Position numbers and translations under genes: made by a program
Shown here: in pieces, positions 9,828 to 18,630 of the stretch
How the letters are laid out: each line of letters begins with the position of its first letter
Position numbering within the stretch: position 1 is the stretch's first letter
Origin: Desulfobulbaceae bacterium
GTDB taxonomy: Bacteria; Desulfobacterota; Desulfobulbia; Desulfobulbales; Desulfocapsaceae
DNA length: 64,000 nucleotides
Assembly (NCBI GenBank): GCA_020049575.1
Contig: JAIFKM010000044.1
Coordinates: forward strand, 20,722-84,721
Reading direction: 5' to 3'
Notes under the pieces: model-generated
Databases searched by the model: none
Seen by the model: only the letters and a program-made list of their open reading frames with translations
What the model was told of the DNA's origin: nothing

Positions 9828-10379
9828 GTGACCATGAAGCTTCTTTTTGACTTTTTCCCCATCCTGTTGTTTTTCATTACCTATAAGTTTTCAGATATCT
9901 ATGCTGCTACGGCCGTGGCTATTGCCGCCACCTTTCTGCAGGTGGCCATTTCATGGTTGAGGACCCGGTCGGTTCCTACAATGCAACTGGTCACTCTGGC
10001 AATAATCATCCTCTTTGGCGGCCTGACATTGTATCTTCATGACGAACAGTTCATCAAATGGAAACCAACCGTTATCAACTGGCTTTTCGGTGCGGCTTTT
10101 CTGGCAAGCCACGTTTTTGGTCAAAAAACTGCAATCGAGCGAATGCTGAGTGCTAATATCACCCTGCCGCAGCCTGTATGGCGGCGCCTGAATCTGGGCT
10201 GGGTGGTATTTTTTCTCGGTTTGGGCGGGGCAAACCTCTATGTCATGAGCTATTTTGACCGTGATACCTGGGTCAACTTCAAGCTTTTTGGCATGCTGGG
10301 GTTAACTCTGGTGTTCATTGTCCTGCAATCCATCTATCTTTCCCGTTTCATGACAGAACCCAGCACCAAGGAAGAATAG
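9828..10379 (+). CDS. yciB: Inner-membrane septation protein A (YciB/IspZ)
   Basis: MKLLFDFFPILLFF, FIKWKPT and WVNFKLFG motifs. Confidence 0.92.
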   Translation: MTMKLLFDFFPILLFFITYKFSDIYAATAVAIAATFLQVAISWLRTRSVPTMQLVTLAIIILFGGLTLYLHDEQFIKWKPTVINWLFGAAFLASHVFGQKTAIERMLSANITLPQPVWRRLNLGWVVFFLGLGGANLYVMSYFDRDTWVNFKLFGMLGLTLVFIVLQSIYLSRFMTEPSTKEE

Positions 10380-10463
10380 AGGCTGGGCAATGTAAGGTTC
10401 AGTGCGGATCAGTGCCATGAAAGACCATGGCTTGTACGCTGCAAGGCGTGCACTCAAGACTTA

Positions 10464-10964
10464 TCACTCAGTTTCGTAGCAGGCAAGGATCTCGCCGAAA
10501 TAGAGAGTGTGGTAATCTTTTTTTGGGTACAGTTTCTCCAGGCTGTCATCGAGAAAAGCGCTATTCATCGCCGATTTGTAGATAATCCTGCATTCGTAAT
10601 GGATTCCAACGATATCGATGATTGGCGATTCTATGTATGTCGCCTTTTTCTGCTGCAGATTGCATTGCCTGAACTTGTCAAATTCTCTTCCTGACTTTGT
10701 TCCACAAAATGTAATGGCTGTATTGTGCTCATCTCCCGCAGGGATCGAGACACTGAAATTATCTGTTTTCTCAAGCAGGGTGAAAGTGTGTCTCGAATCT
10801 CGCACGGCGATCATGAAAACAGGTTTCTGCCATATATAGCCAATTGTTGCCCAGCCAATCGTCATGGTGTTTACACTGCCTTCAGCCTGGACTGTGAGGA
10901 ACGCCCCCTTTTTGATTCTTTCCATCACTGCATCACTCTGTTCAAGATACTTTCTGTCTTTCAT
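10464..10964 (-). CDS. Flavin reductase family protein
   Basis: NTMTIGW, VRDSRHT, CGTKSGR.FDK and DYHTLYFGEI motifs. Confidence 0.85.
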   Translation of the reverse strand: MKDRKYLEQSDAVMERIKKGAFLTVQAEGSVNTMTIGWATIGYIWQKPVFMIAVRDSRHTFTLLEKTDNFSVSIPAGDEHNTAITFCGTKSGREFDKFRQCNLQQKKATYIESPIIDIVGIHYECRIIYKSAMNSAFLDDSLEKLYPKKDYHTLYFGEILACYETE

Positions 10965-11118
10965 GACCCTTATCTCCTATCATTTAAATTGATTCTTTAC
11001 CTGTTTTTGACGATGAGCTTTATTCTACTCGAAGCTCAAAATTATCACGCCCTTTGCGGGAAAGGGATGCCTGCCAACTCACTGCGTTGAAATGTAATAC
11101 CCAAGCACATCAAAGCCG

Positions 11119-12015
11119 TCAGCTCAGGGCGATCTTCCAAGCTGAAATAAAACAGCCCATGGCCGAACAGGCAAGGAATGTCTGCAGCCAGAACGATGAA
11201 CGTAGGCGAAGGACTAATTCCAGACTGAGGAGATATCCTGCTGCGAGCCCGATGATAAGGCCGAAAAAATGTGCACCCAGATCCGTACGCTCACCGCTGC
11301 TGCCGACCATGGCGAGCATCGCAGTTCCGGCCATGAGGGGCATGAGCAGGTGAATGCGGCCAATTGAGGCATGGCGCTTGAAATTGAGTGAAGAAAGCAT
11401 GCCGATGACGGAAAAGACAGCTGTGGAGAAACCGACAAAGTGATGTCCCGGCCCATGGGCAAGGACATTGCACGCATTGGCCAGTGTCGATGTCAGCAAA
11501 AGACTGGCAAGACCGATGCCGTTACCGAGAAGATGAAAAAAATAGTGCAGCAGAAATCCGCCGAGCAGGCAGTTGCCAAGCAGGTGAAGGCCATCCGCGT
11601 GCAGAGTGAGGGCCGTGATGAGTCGATAGTATTGTCCGTCGGTCAGAATTGCTTCGGAATCCCCAGCGCCTGCTGTAAACCATTGGGATTGCTGTTGCCA
11701 GGCGCCGGTTTCCATGTATGTAAGACACAGAAGACCAACTATCAGCAGGCTCAGGATGCGGAATGCAGGATGAAACTCTTCAACAGTTGGTGTTTGCAGC
11801 GGCCAGTTGGCGTTCTCGGCAGTATAGGCGGTGATCTCGTTTTCCGCCTGTTCGGCCAGGCAGTCCGGCACAACAATGTCCCAGGACGAGGAACTCTGGA
11901 AGGAAATTGTGTGCGGAATGCGGGCGGCGGCCAGAACCAGCGAGAAAATCCTGACATCTTCCGGCGAGTAGGCTGTAAGGAGCGTAACGGATGATGTGGT
12001 AGATGTTCTATTCAT
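11119..12015 (-). CDS. Rhomboid family intramembrane serine protease
   Basis: R..TALTLHAD..HL.GN, catalytic GFSTAVF and TDLGAHFFG; multiple TM helices. Confidence 0.88.
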   Translation of the reverse strand: MNRTSTTSSVTLLTAYSPEDVRIFSLVLAAARIPHTISFQSSSSWDIVVPDCLAEQAENEITAYTAENANWPLQTPTVEEFHPAFRILSLLIVGLLCLTYMETGAWQQQSQWFTAGAGDSEAILTDGQYYRLITALTLHADGLHLLGNCLLGGFLLHYFFHLLGNGIGLASLLLTSTLANACNVLAHGPGHHFVGFSTAVFSVIGMLSSLNFKRHASIGRIHLLMPLMAGTAMLAMVGSSGERTDLGAHFFGLIIGLAAGYLLSLELVLRLRSSFWLQTFLACSAMGCFISAWKIALS

Positions 12016-12247
12016 GTGGAGGTGAGATGACGGGGTAAGAGTCCGTGCTGAGGTGCATCACCGACAGCAACTGCTGGTAGATATCCAGCCTATAGGGTAG
12101 ACATTCAGAGGACTTTGGGCAAGGTGGCAGTCGTGGAAGGATTCAAGACAGCGGGTAATTGAACATGAAGAACGCATACAAACGATATGCTCAGCGTCAA
12201 AGGGACAAATGATCTGGTGGCAGTGCTGCTGAGGCCGGACCGATCTT

Positions 12248-12826
12248 TCAGTGCGGTTTCAGGCTCGGTTGTCCGTTGGGGGGTTCAGTGACTCTTTCCA
12301 GAAGGGCTCTCGTCAGTTCGTCTTTTACTGTGTCATTGAAACAGGCAAAGATGATTTTCCTCAGAGAAGTGTTTCGCTCAAGAAAGGAACATACTGTATT
12401 GACAGCGATAGTGCAGGCGGCAGCAATCGGAAAACCGTAGATCCCGCAGCTGATGGCAGGGAAGGCGATTGTCTTGAGCCCCCTTTGCTCGGCGATTTTC
12501 AGGCATTCAAGGTAGCAGGACGATAACAGGGCGGCCTCCTGACGTCGACCGCCAGCCCAGACCGGCCCGACTGTATGGATGACATGTCTGGCCGGTAGAT
12601 CATAACCGTCCGTAATCTTGGCAGCTCCTGTCTCGCAACCATTCAATGTCAGGCATTCTGCCAGCAGTCTTGGGCCGGCAGCACGATGGATTGCGCCATC
12701 GACCCCTCCGCCACCCATCAGAGAAATATTGGCCGCATTGACAATGGCATCAACAGCCAGTGTCGTGATATCTGTCTTTACTATCTCTATCCTCTCCAGT
12801 ATCAGCATTTTTTTATTGCCCGTCAT
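12248..12826 (-). CDS. ymdB: Macrodomain O-acetyl-ADP-ribose deacetylase
   Basis: [32 protein letters not shown] and [13 protein letters not shown] motifs. Confidence 0.9.
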   Translation of the reverse strand: MTGNKKMLILERIEIVKTDITTLAVDAIVNAANISLMGGGGVDGAIHRAAGPRLLAECLTLNGCETGAAKITDGYDLPARHVIHTVGPVWAGGRRQEAALLSSCYLECLKIAEQRGLKTIAFPAISCGIYGFPIAAACTIAVNTVCSFLERNTSLRKIIFACFNDTVKDELTRALLERVTEPPNGQPSLKPH

Positions 12827-12860
12827 TCAGGTTTGGATTCCGTGCGCTATTGGGTTTAGT

Positions 12861-13886
12861 CTATGACCAATAGAATTTCACCGACGTACTCTGGTTGTTA
12901 AAGGGGGCATAGAGATACACCCCGTTATGGCTTGTCCAGGTATTGGAATTCTTGTCGCCCTTTTCACCCAGCCCAGGTCTGAATACAAAGCCGTCTTTTT
13001 CGCTGTATCTCTGTGAGGTATCCTTTACGTCGACTGTATGCCCGTCGGCAAAGACGATCTTCAGTTGTTTGCCGAACTCCGGCCCGCTTTCAGGTATTCT
13101 CCAGGCCCGACGACCGCCGTCGCCGATGTTATAGTAGCCGTATTCGGCCGAGTTGCTGTATCCCGAAGTGCTGTCAGTACCCGATGCGGCAACAACGCTA
13201 GTTGCTGAAGAGGTTGTGCTGCCTGTTGCTGCTGTGCTTCCGGCAGGCTGATCCTGCTCATAGGAAAGGGACATTCTCGATGAGGGAAGCTCGCCGCTAT
13301 CAAATTTCAGCAGCATGGCAAGCACCTTTTCCATAGCGGTTGCCGTTGGCGCGACACTCATTGTGGTTCCGCGTGAATCATAGAGAGCCGTAGTGTTGTC
13401 GTCAAGCTGGGCCGCCTGAAAGGCCTGGGCGTGGATCGTCTCAGCCTCCTCCGTCGTCAACAGGCCGCTGCTTTCCATCTCGCGAAGAGCCGCTCTGGCC
13501 GCGTCTTCGATGTAGATGGCGCCATCCGGTCGGGTGTAGTCGAGGAGCTTGCCGTCAAGCAGAGCATCATATTCCTTGGCTGCCGCTTCTCCTTTGGTTG
13601 CAGCAATCCTGTCATAAATAATACTGGCAAACAATTGTTCTTCATTCACGGAAGCCGGGTTGGCGCTGCCGGCTAGTTCATGAAGAAGCGATACCAACCC
13701 TGCCCGTGAGTTTGCAGCAGCAGCTCCGGCAGCGGTCTCCGTAGCCGCCTGTTCCTGTTCTTTGGCCGCCGTTTCTTGAAGTATCTGTTGAAAGTCCTGG
13801 TCGACAGTTGCTTCACTGCCTGTCCCTTTCAGCCAATCCAGAGTATTGGTGGGATTGATCAACAAAGAACTGGTCGGGCCAATCAT
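12861..13886 (-). CDS. Hypothetical two-domain protein (helical N-domain, Ser/Thr/Ala linker, aromatic beta C-domain)
   Basis: 341-aa ORF with GGAG RBS; no Sec signal; no family recognised. Confidence 0.75.
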   Translation of the reverse strand: MIGPTSSLLINPTNTLDWLKGTGSEATVDQDFQQILQETAAKEQEQAATETAAGAAAANSRAGLVSLLHELAGSANPASVNEEQLFASIIYDRIAATKGEAAAKEYDALLDGKLLDYTRPDGAIYIEDAARAALREMESSGLLTTEEAETIHAQAFQAAQLDDNTTALYDSRGTTMSVAPTATAMEKVLAMLLKFDSGELPSSRMSLSYEQDQPAGSTAATGSTTSSATSVVAASGTDSTSGYSNSAEYGYYNIGDGGRRAWRIPESGPEFGKQLKIVFADGHTVDVKDTSQRYSEKDGFVFRPGLGEKGDKNSNTWTSHNGVYLYAPFNNQSTSVKFYWS

Positions 13887-13995
13887 ATTTTCTGCTCCGT
13901 TGCATTGTTTTGTGTATGGGCCGGGAGGATGGGGGGTGTCTCTGGTTATTCAGACAGAGCCCAAATTCCCTGGCAACTGATTGCACTCCTAAGAT

Positions 13996-14022
13996 ATATC
14001 GGTTGCTGAAGAAATTTCTTTA
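13996..14022 (-). promoter_or_regulatory. Putative sigma28 (FliA) promoter
   Basis: Minus strand reads TAAA-N15-ACCGATAT (consensus TAAA-N15-GCCGATAA), about 110 nt upstream of the 13886 start. Confidence 0.6.
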
Positions 14023-14085
14023 TCAGAGACAGGAACTGATTCATTATCTTCGCTGAAATCTGAGGGAGATACTTCCCTAATAATG

Positions 14086-15069
14086 TCAAATATCGCTGAA
14101 AATTTGAGGGTTAAGGCAGTTTTCAGGCTTTCGACCTGCCAGCATAGCCAAGAGGTTGCGAGCGGCCAGTATCGCCATATTGTCTCGACTTGTGACCGTG
14201 GCTGAGCCAATATGGGGGAGAAGTACGACATGAGCGAGGTCTGCGAGGCCTTCCGCCATTTGTGGCTCATTCTCGTAGACATCGAGACCGGCACCGCCAA
14301 TCCGGCCGGCGCGGAGGGCCTCGACCAGGTCGATTTCCCTGATTATCGGTCCCCTGGCCGTGTTGATCAGGAAGGCTGTAGCTTTCATGCGGGCAAAAGC
14401 CCGGTGGTCGAAAAGATGGCGGGTGGCCGGTGTCAGTGGAGCGTGGATGCTGATGAAATCCGATTCAGTCAAGAGATCGTCAAAGTTGACGAGACGAGCG
14501 CCGATCTCACCCTCCAGAATATCGTTGCGTCGTCCGGATGAGCTGCAGTAGACGACAGGCATGTGAAATCCTTTGGACATCAGGGCCATCGCCGTGCCGA
14601 TACGGCCGGCGCCGAAAATGCCCAGCGTCTTGCCGGTTATATCAGTACCGATAAACTGCAGCGGCCCCCAGCCGGACCAGGATCCCGAGCGCATGATTCT
14701 ATCAGTCTCAACCACCCGTCTGGCTACAGCAAAGAGCAGGGCCCATGCCAGTTCGGCGGTGGCGTCAGTCAGTACCCCAGGCGTGTTCGAAACTGGAATG
14801 CGGCGACTCGTGGCTTCAGTCAAGTCGATATTGTCGATTCCCACTGCATAATTGGCATATCCTTTCAGCCGGCTGGCGACCTCGAAAAACTCTCGGTCGA
14901 TTCGATCCGTCAGGAGCCCCACGACCCCATCCTTGTCCCGCACCCGTTCGAGCAATTCCTGGCGGGAAAGGGGCTGGTCTGCCGGATTGACTTCTACCTC
15001 GCAGTCGGCCTGCAGCAGTCGCAGGCCAGCCTCGGGTATTCTTCTGGTGATATAAACTTTTGGTCGCAT
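14086..15069 (-). CDS. D-glycerate dehydrogenase / glyoxylate reductase (D-2-hydroxyacid dehydrogenase)
   Basis: NTPGVLTDATAE, GAGRIG, NTARG, DVYENEP and LPHIGSAT motifs; GGAGG before ATG 15069. Confidence 0.9.
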   Translation of the reverse strand: MRPKVYITRRIPEAGLRLLQADCEVEVNPADQPLSRQELLERVRDKDGVVGLLTDRIDREFFEVASRLKGYANYAVGIDNIDLTEATSRRIPVSNTPGVLTDATAELAWALLFAVARRVVETDRIMRSGSWSGWGPLQFIGTDITGKTLGIFGAGRIGTAMALMSKGFHMPVVYCSSSGRRNDILEGEIGARLVNFDDLLTESDFISIHAPLTPATRHLFDHRAFARMKATAFLINTARGPIIREIDLVEALRAGRIGGAGLDVYENEPQMAEGLADLAHVVLLPHIGSATVTSRDNMAILAARNLLAMLAGRKPENCLNPQIFSDI

Positions 15070-15165
15070 AAGCCCTCCAATTTTCTGCAGGTCAGGAGAA
15101 AACGGCAGTCCTGCTCCTTTCAATCTTGAAGAATCACCTCGTTACTGGTATCAATAGCGCGATGC

Positions 15166-15255
15166 GGAGGAGTGCCGGAGCGGTTGAACGGGACGGTCTC
15201 GAAAACCGTTGTGGGGGAAACCCCACCCAGGGTTCGAATCCCTGCTCCTCCGCCA
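15166..15255 (+). tRNA. tRNA-Ser(CGA)
   Basis: Acceptor GGAGGAG/CTCCTCC, anticodon arm ACGGT-CTCGAAA-ACCGT, long variable arm GTGGGG-GAAA-CCCCAC, GGTTCGAATCC T-arm, G discriminator and encoded CCA. Confidence 0.96.
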
Positions 15256-15270
15256 TATCAGTTGTTTAAG

Positions 15271-15340
15271 AAGTCCAGATAAGTCCAGAAACCCGCTTCT
15301 GCAAAAGGAATGCGGGTTTTTTGTTGTCCAAGGTGGTCCA
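15271..15340. repeat. GTCCA repeat pairs (integrase arm-type-like sites) flanking a hairpin
   Basis: AAGTCCAGA at 15271 and 15281; GTCCA at 15326 and 15336; each pair has 10-nt periodicity. Confidence 0.6.
15289..15322 (+). terminator. Intrinsic terminator downstream of tRNA-Ser
   Basis: AAACCCGC...GCGGGTTT stem followed by a T-run. Confidence 0.7.
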
Positions 15341-15392
15341 TTGAATATTGTTGGTATCCAGCAATCTTTGTTACTAAGAATTCATCAGAGTT

Positions 15393-16298
15393 CTACTTCC
15401 ATTGATCTTTACCACTTCGAGCTGCATTCCAAATTGCCACTACCGCCGGGTGCTTGATTATCCTCTCCACGGATATTGCATAGAATCGCTCTCTGACTGC
15501 ATCTGATCTGCCGATGATAGCAACGTTATGTTGCTGGCAGACATCCTGCTCTATGATAGACGGTACAGAAAAGATGCCGTCCCCTGCTTGTCCGAATACT
15601 TTCATCAAGGCATGGTCATCAAATTCTCCAACAATTTCCGGTCGGATACCCAGCGAGCTGAACCATTGGTCAAGACTCCCTCGCAGTGCCGACATCGGAG
15701 AGGGGAGTAACATTCGTGCATTGTTCAGGGACTGGGGAAATCCATGTCGAAGTGGTTCAGCCAGAGATTCTACGGCACAAAAGCTCACCCCGCATTCCTC
15801 CAGCAGATGGCTGTATGCCTTGACACTCAGTCCAGATTTCACCGGCGTATCGGTAAGCACAAGATCCAAATTGTGAATGGCCAGTTCTGCCAGGAGTTGC
15901 TTTTCTTTTCCCTCATGGCAGACAAGGCGCAATCCTTCGGGAAGAGCCAGAGCCGGCTCGAGAAATCTTCTGGCCATCAATTTTGGCAGCACGTCCACGA
16001 TGCCGACCTCAAAACGGAGTGGTCCGGAAACCGATCGTCCCCGTACCGTATCGAGCAGTTCAAGTCCCAAACCAAAAATCTCATCAGCATAACGGAAAAC
16101 TACTCGTCCCAGTTCCGTTAATTCAAGATTTCTCCCTGCTCGCCGGAAGAGTTTTCCTCCTAGAGATTCTTCCAGCCTGGTTATCTGCATACTGATCGTG
16201 GAGGGTGCCAGCATGAGTCGAGCTCCAGCCCTAGTGACACTCTCTTCCTTGGCCACAATCCAGAAGTAGTGGAGGTGGTGATAGTTAAGCCATTCCAT
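15393..16298 (-). CDS. nhaR: LysR-family transcriptional activator, NhaR subfamily
   Basis: N-terminal WLNYHHLHYFW.VAKE.S, YADEIF..G, VGIVDVLPK, EFDD.ALMKVFG and YAISVER.IKHPAV are typical of NhaR. Confidence 0.88.
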   Translation of the reverse strand: MEWLNYHHLHYFWIVAKEESVTRAGARLMLAPSTISMQITRLEESLGGKLFRRAGRNLELTELGRVVFRYADEIFGLGLELLDTVRGRSVSGPLRFEVGIVDVLPKLMARRFLEPALALPEGLRLVCHEGKEKQLLAELAIHNLDLVLTDTPVKSGLSVKAYSHLLEECGVSFCAVESLAEPLRHGFPQSLNNARMLLPSPMSALRGSLDQWFSSLGIRPEIVGEFDDHALMKVFGQAGDGIFSVPSIIEQDVCQQHNVAIIGRSDAVRERFYAISVERIIKHPAVVAIWNAARSGKDQWK

Positions 16299-16304
16299 TA
16301 TGGT

Positions 16305-16319
16305 TTCGATTAAATCGAA
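16305..16319. promoter_or_regulatory. LysR (NhaR) operator palindrome
   Basis: TTCGATT-A-AATCGAA, a perfect 7-1-7 inverted repeat containing T-N11-A, between divergent nhaR and 16402. Confidence 0.7.
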
Positions 16320-16401
16320 TATATCTTAGATTATTATCTATTTGTTCTAACGATGTCCTGTTGTTATTATATCTCATAAGATCATATCATAGGAGGATCG
16401 A

Positions 16402-16755
16402 ATGAGCATTGATGTTAATTGGAGTGCATTGGAATTCAACGGGAAATCAAAACGTATCGTCTCCCGCCAATTGCAAATATTCATGTGGCGCTTCCGTTCC
16501 TTTATTATGCGGGTTCAGGTTCGCTTTTCGGATGTCAACGGTCCCAAAGGTGGTGTGGATAAGAGGTGCATCTTTTCCGCAGAGTTCAGGTCACCGGGCG
16601 AAGTGTCCATAACCAGTGAAGGAATGGAATATCTTGAAGCCTTTCAATCCGGTCTTGCCAGGCTTGTTCGTTCTATCCAGCGTGAAATTGTCAAACAGCG
16701 TCAGAAACCTATTCGAATTAATCGTAAAGTAAAATTACTCAATTTTGAAAATTAG
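16402..16755 (+). CDS. HPF/RaiA-fold (ribosome-associated-like) small protein
   Basis: AGGAGG RBS; VRFSDVNGPKGGVDKRC motif characteristic of the HPF-like subfamily found beside nhaR. Confidence 0.7.
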   Translation: MSIDVNWSALEFNGKSKRIVSRQLQIFMWRFRSFIMRVQVRFSDVNGPKGGVDKRCIFSAEFRSPGEVSITSEGMEYLEAFQSGLARLVRSIQREIVKQRQKPIRINRKVKLLNFEN

Positions 16756-16876
16756 AATACTTTTGAAGGTAAGACAAGTTTGTCAGTTTTGCACGGAAAA
16801 AGATTCCTCATCGAATTTGCTCTCGACTCAGAAGATTGTTTGCTGAGAATTTAATCACCAAGGATTCACAAGACAT

Positions 16877-17626
16877 ATGTTTGAATGGATGTTTATGCCT
16901 GAGGCCTGGGTGGCGCTGGCAACTCTACTTGCCCTCGAAATTGTTTTAGGCATAGACAATATCATATTCATCACCATTCTGGTGAGCAGACTGCCAGCGG
17001 AACAGCGGGATCTGGCGAGGTCCTTGGGGATCGGCTTTGCGATGCTTTCCCGACTGGCACTGCTTTTCAGTCTGGCGTGGATTATAGGTATGGTAGATCC
17101 CTGGTTCAGCTTGTTCTCACAAGAGTTTTCCGGTAGGGATCTGGTTCTCATAGGCGGGGGACTTTTCTTACTGGCAAAAGCGACCCATGAAATTCACAAC
17201 AGTCTTGAGGCCGTCTGCGATTCTGATACACCACGGAACGGTTATGGCGGTTTTTATGCCACCATTGCGCAAATTGCCATACTCGATATTGTCTTCTCGC
17301 TTGATTCGGTGATAACCGCAGTGGGCTTGGTGCAGCATGTTTCAGTTATGGTGATTGCAATCATCGGGGCAGTTATTGCGATGTTGTTCGCTGCCAAACC
17401 GATTGGGGTTTTTGTCGACGCAAATCCGACAATCAAGATTCTGGCGCTGTCATTTTTGATGCTGATTGGCTTCACCTTGGTGGCGGAGGGCTTTGATGTG
17501 CATGTGCCGAAAGGCTATATCTACTTTGCGATGGCCTTCTCCGTGGTGGTTGAACTGCTCAATATCAGAGTCCACCGGCACAAGAAGATCCAACCAGTAA
17601 AACTGATTAAGCACCTAGAATATTAA
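16877..17626 (+). CDS. TerC family membrane protein
   Basis: LEIVLGIDNIIFI, DIVFSLDSVITAVG and VPKGYIYFAMAFS motifs. Confidence 0.92.
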   Translation: MFEWMFMPEAWVALATLLALEIVLGIDNIIFITILVSRLPAEQRDLARSLGIGFAMLSRLALLFSLAWIIGMVDPWFSLFSQEFSGRDLVLIGGGLFLLAKATHEIHNSLEAVCDSDTPRNGYGGFYATIAQIAILDIVFSLDSVITAVGLVQHVSVMVIAIIGAVIAMLFAAKPIGVFVDANPTIKILALSFLMLIGFTLVAEGFDVHVPKGYIYFAMAFSVVVELLNIRVHRHKKIQPVKLIKHLEY

Positions 17627-17707
17627 GACTTTAATAATACAGGAAAGAGGATCTCCCGCTGAGCTTGCAGGGGAATCAGAAAAATTTATTCAAAAATGGA
17701 GGTCAAC

Positions 17708-18571
17708 GTGTTTCGCATTGTACTTTTTCTTGCAACCAACATGGCCATAATTGTTTTACTTGGCATCGTGATGAGTATTCTCGGCGTCGATTCCCGAAGT
17801 ACTTCCGGGCTCTTGGTGATGGCGACAGTATTCGGTATGGGTGGATCATTCATCTCTCTTGCCATGTCGAAATGGATCGCCAAAAAATCTACCGGTGCCT
17901 ATGTTATCGTCAACCCGAGCAACCCGACAGAACAGTGGCTGCTCGATACTGTACGCCGGATGGCGCAACAGGCTGAGATCGGGATGCCGGAGGTGGCGAT
18001 TTATGAATCTCCTGATCTGAACGCATTCGCCACAGGCATGAAAAAGGACGATGCCCTGGTGGCCGTCTCCACAGGTTTACTGCAGAATATGTCTAGAGAT
18101 GAGGTTGAAGCAGTCCTCGCTCATGAGATCAGCCATGTGGCCTGCGGGGACATGGTCACCATGGCCTTGATCCAGGGTGTCTTAAATACATTTGTCATCT
18201 TGTTGTCGCGATTGGCGGCAAATGTCATAAATAATTTCCTGAGCGGCGACGAAGAGGGCGAAGGACTTGGATTCTTCGGATATATGGCGGTAACTATTGC
18301 ACTGGAGTTGGTATTCGGTCTTTTTGCCTCGATTATCGTGATGTGGTTTTCAAGAAAGAGGGAATATACCGCCGACCAGGGAGCGGCATATCTGACCAGC
18401 AAAGGAAAAATGATCAGTGCCCTGCAGCGATTGCAGATTCATCAGGAACCGTCACACCTGCCCGATCAGGTAGCGGCGTTTGGTATCAGGCCAAAAGCGG
18501 GCGGGCTTTCTGGGCTTCTCAGAAGTCATCCGCCTCTTGAGGATCGGATCAAAGCACTTCAAAATGTATAA
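17708..18571 (+). CDS. htpX: Membrane zinc metalloprotease HtpX
   Basis: FLATN, NAFATG, HEISH zinc motif, FSR.REY.AD and SHPPL; GTG start after GGAGG. Confidence 0.93.
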   Translation: MFRIVLFLATNMAIIVLLGIVMSILGVDSRSTSGLLVMATVFGMGGSFISLAMSKWIAKKSTGAYVIVNPSNPTEQWLLDTVRRMAQQAEIGMPEVAIYESPDLNAFATGMKKDDALVAVSTGLLQNMSRDEVEAVLAHEISHVACGDMVTMALIQGVLNTFVILLSRLAANVINNFLSGDEEGEGLGFFGYMAVTIALELVFGLFASIIVMWFSRKREYTADQGAAYLTSKGKMISALQRLQIHQEPSHLPDQVAAFGIRPKAGGLSGLLRSHPPLEDRIKALQNV

Positions 18572-18577
18572 TGTAAG

Positions 18578-18620
18578 GAAAGGACGGCCGGGATCTTCTT
18601 GCTGGTCGTCCTTTTTTTTC
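18578..18620. terminator. Intrinsic terminator between htpX and the convergent CNNM gene
   Basis: AAGGACGGCCGG...CTGGTCGTCCTT stem followed by a T-run. Confidence 0.65.
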
Positions 18621-18630
18621 TCTTTGTGCG

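Noticed and set aside
13971-13985. TGGCA...TTGCA sigma54-like element
   Set aside because: GG-to-GC spacing is 9 rather than 10, and it points away from the nearby gene start.
15209-15457. 82-aa ORF starting inside the tRNA
   Set aside because: Spurious; overlaps the tRNA and terminator.
16756-16876. Possible yybP-ykoY (Mn) riboswitch upstream of terC
   Set aside because: Conserved GGGGAGUA and GAGACC elements not found; only a small hairpin.
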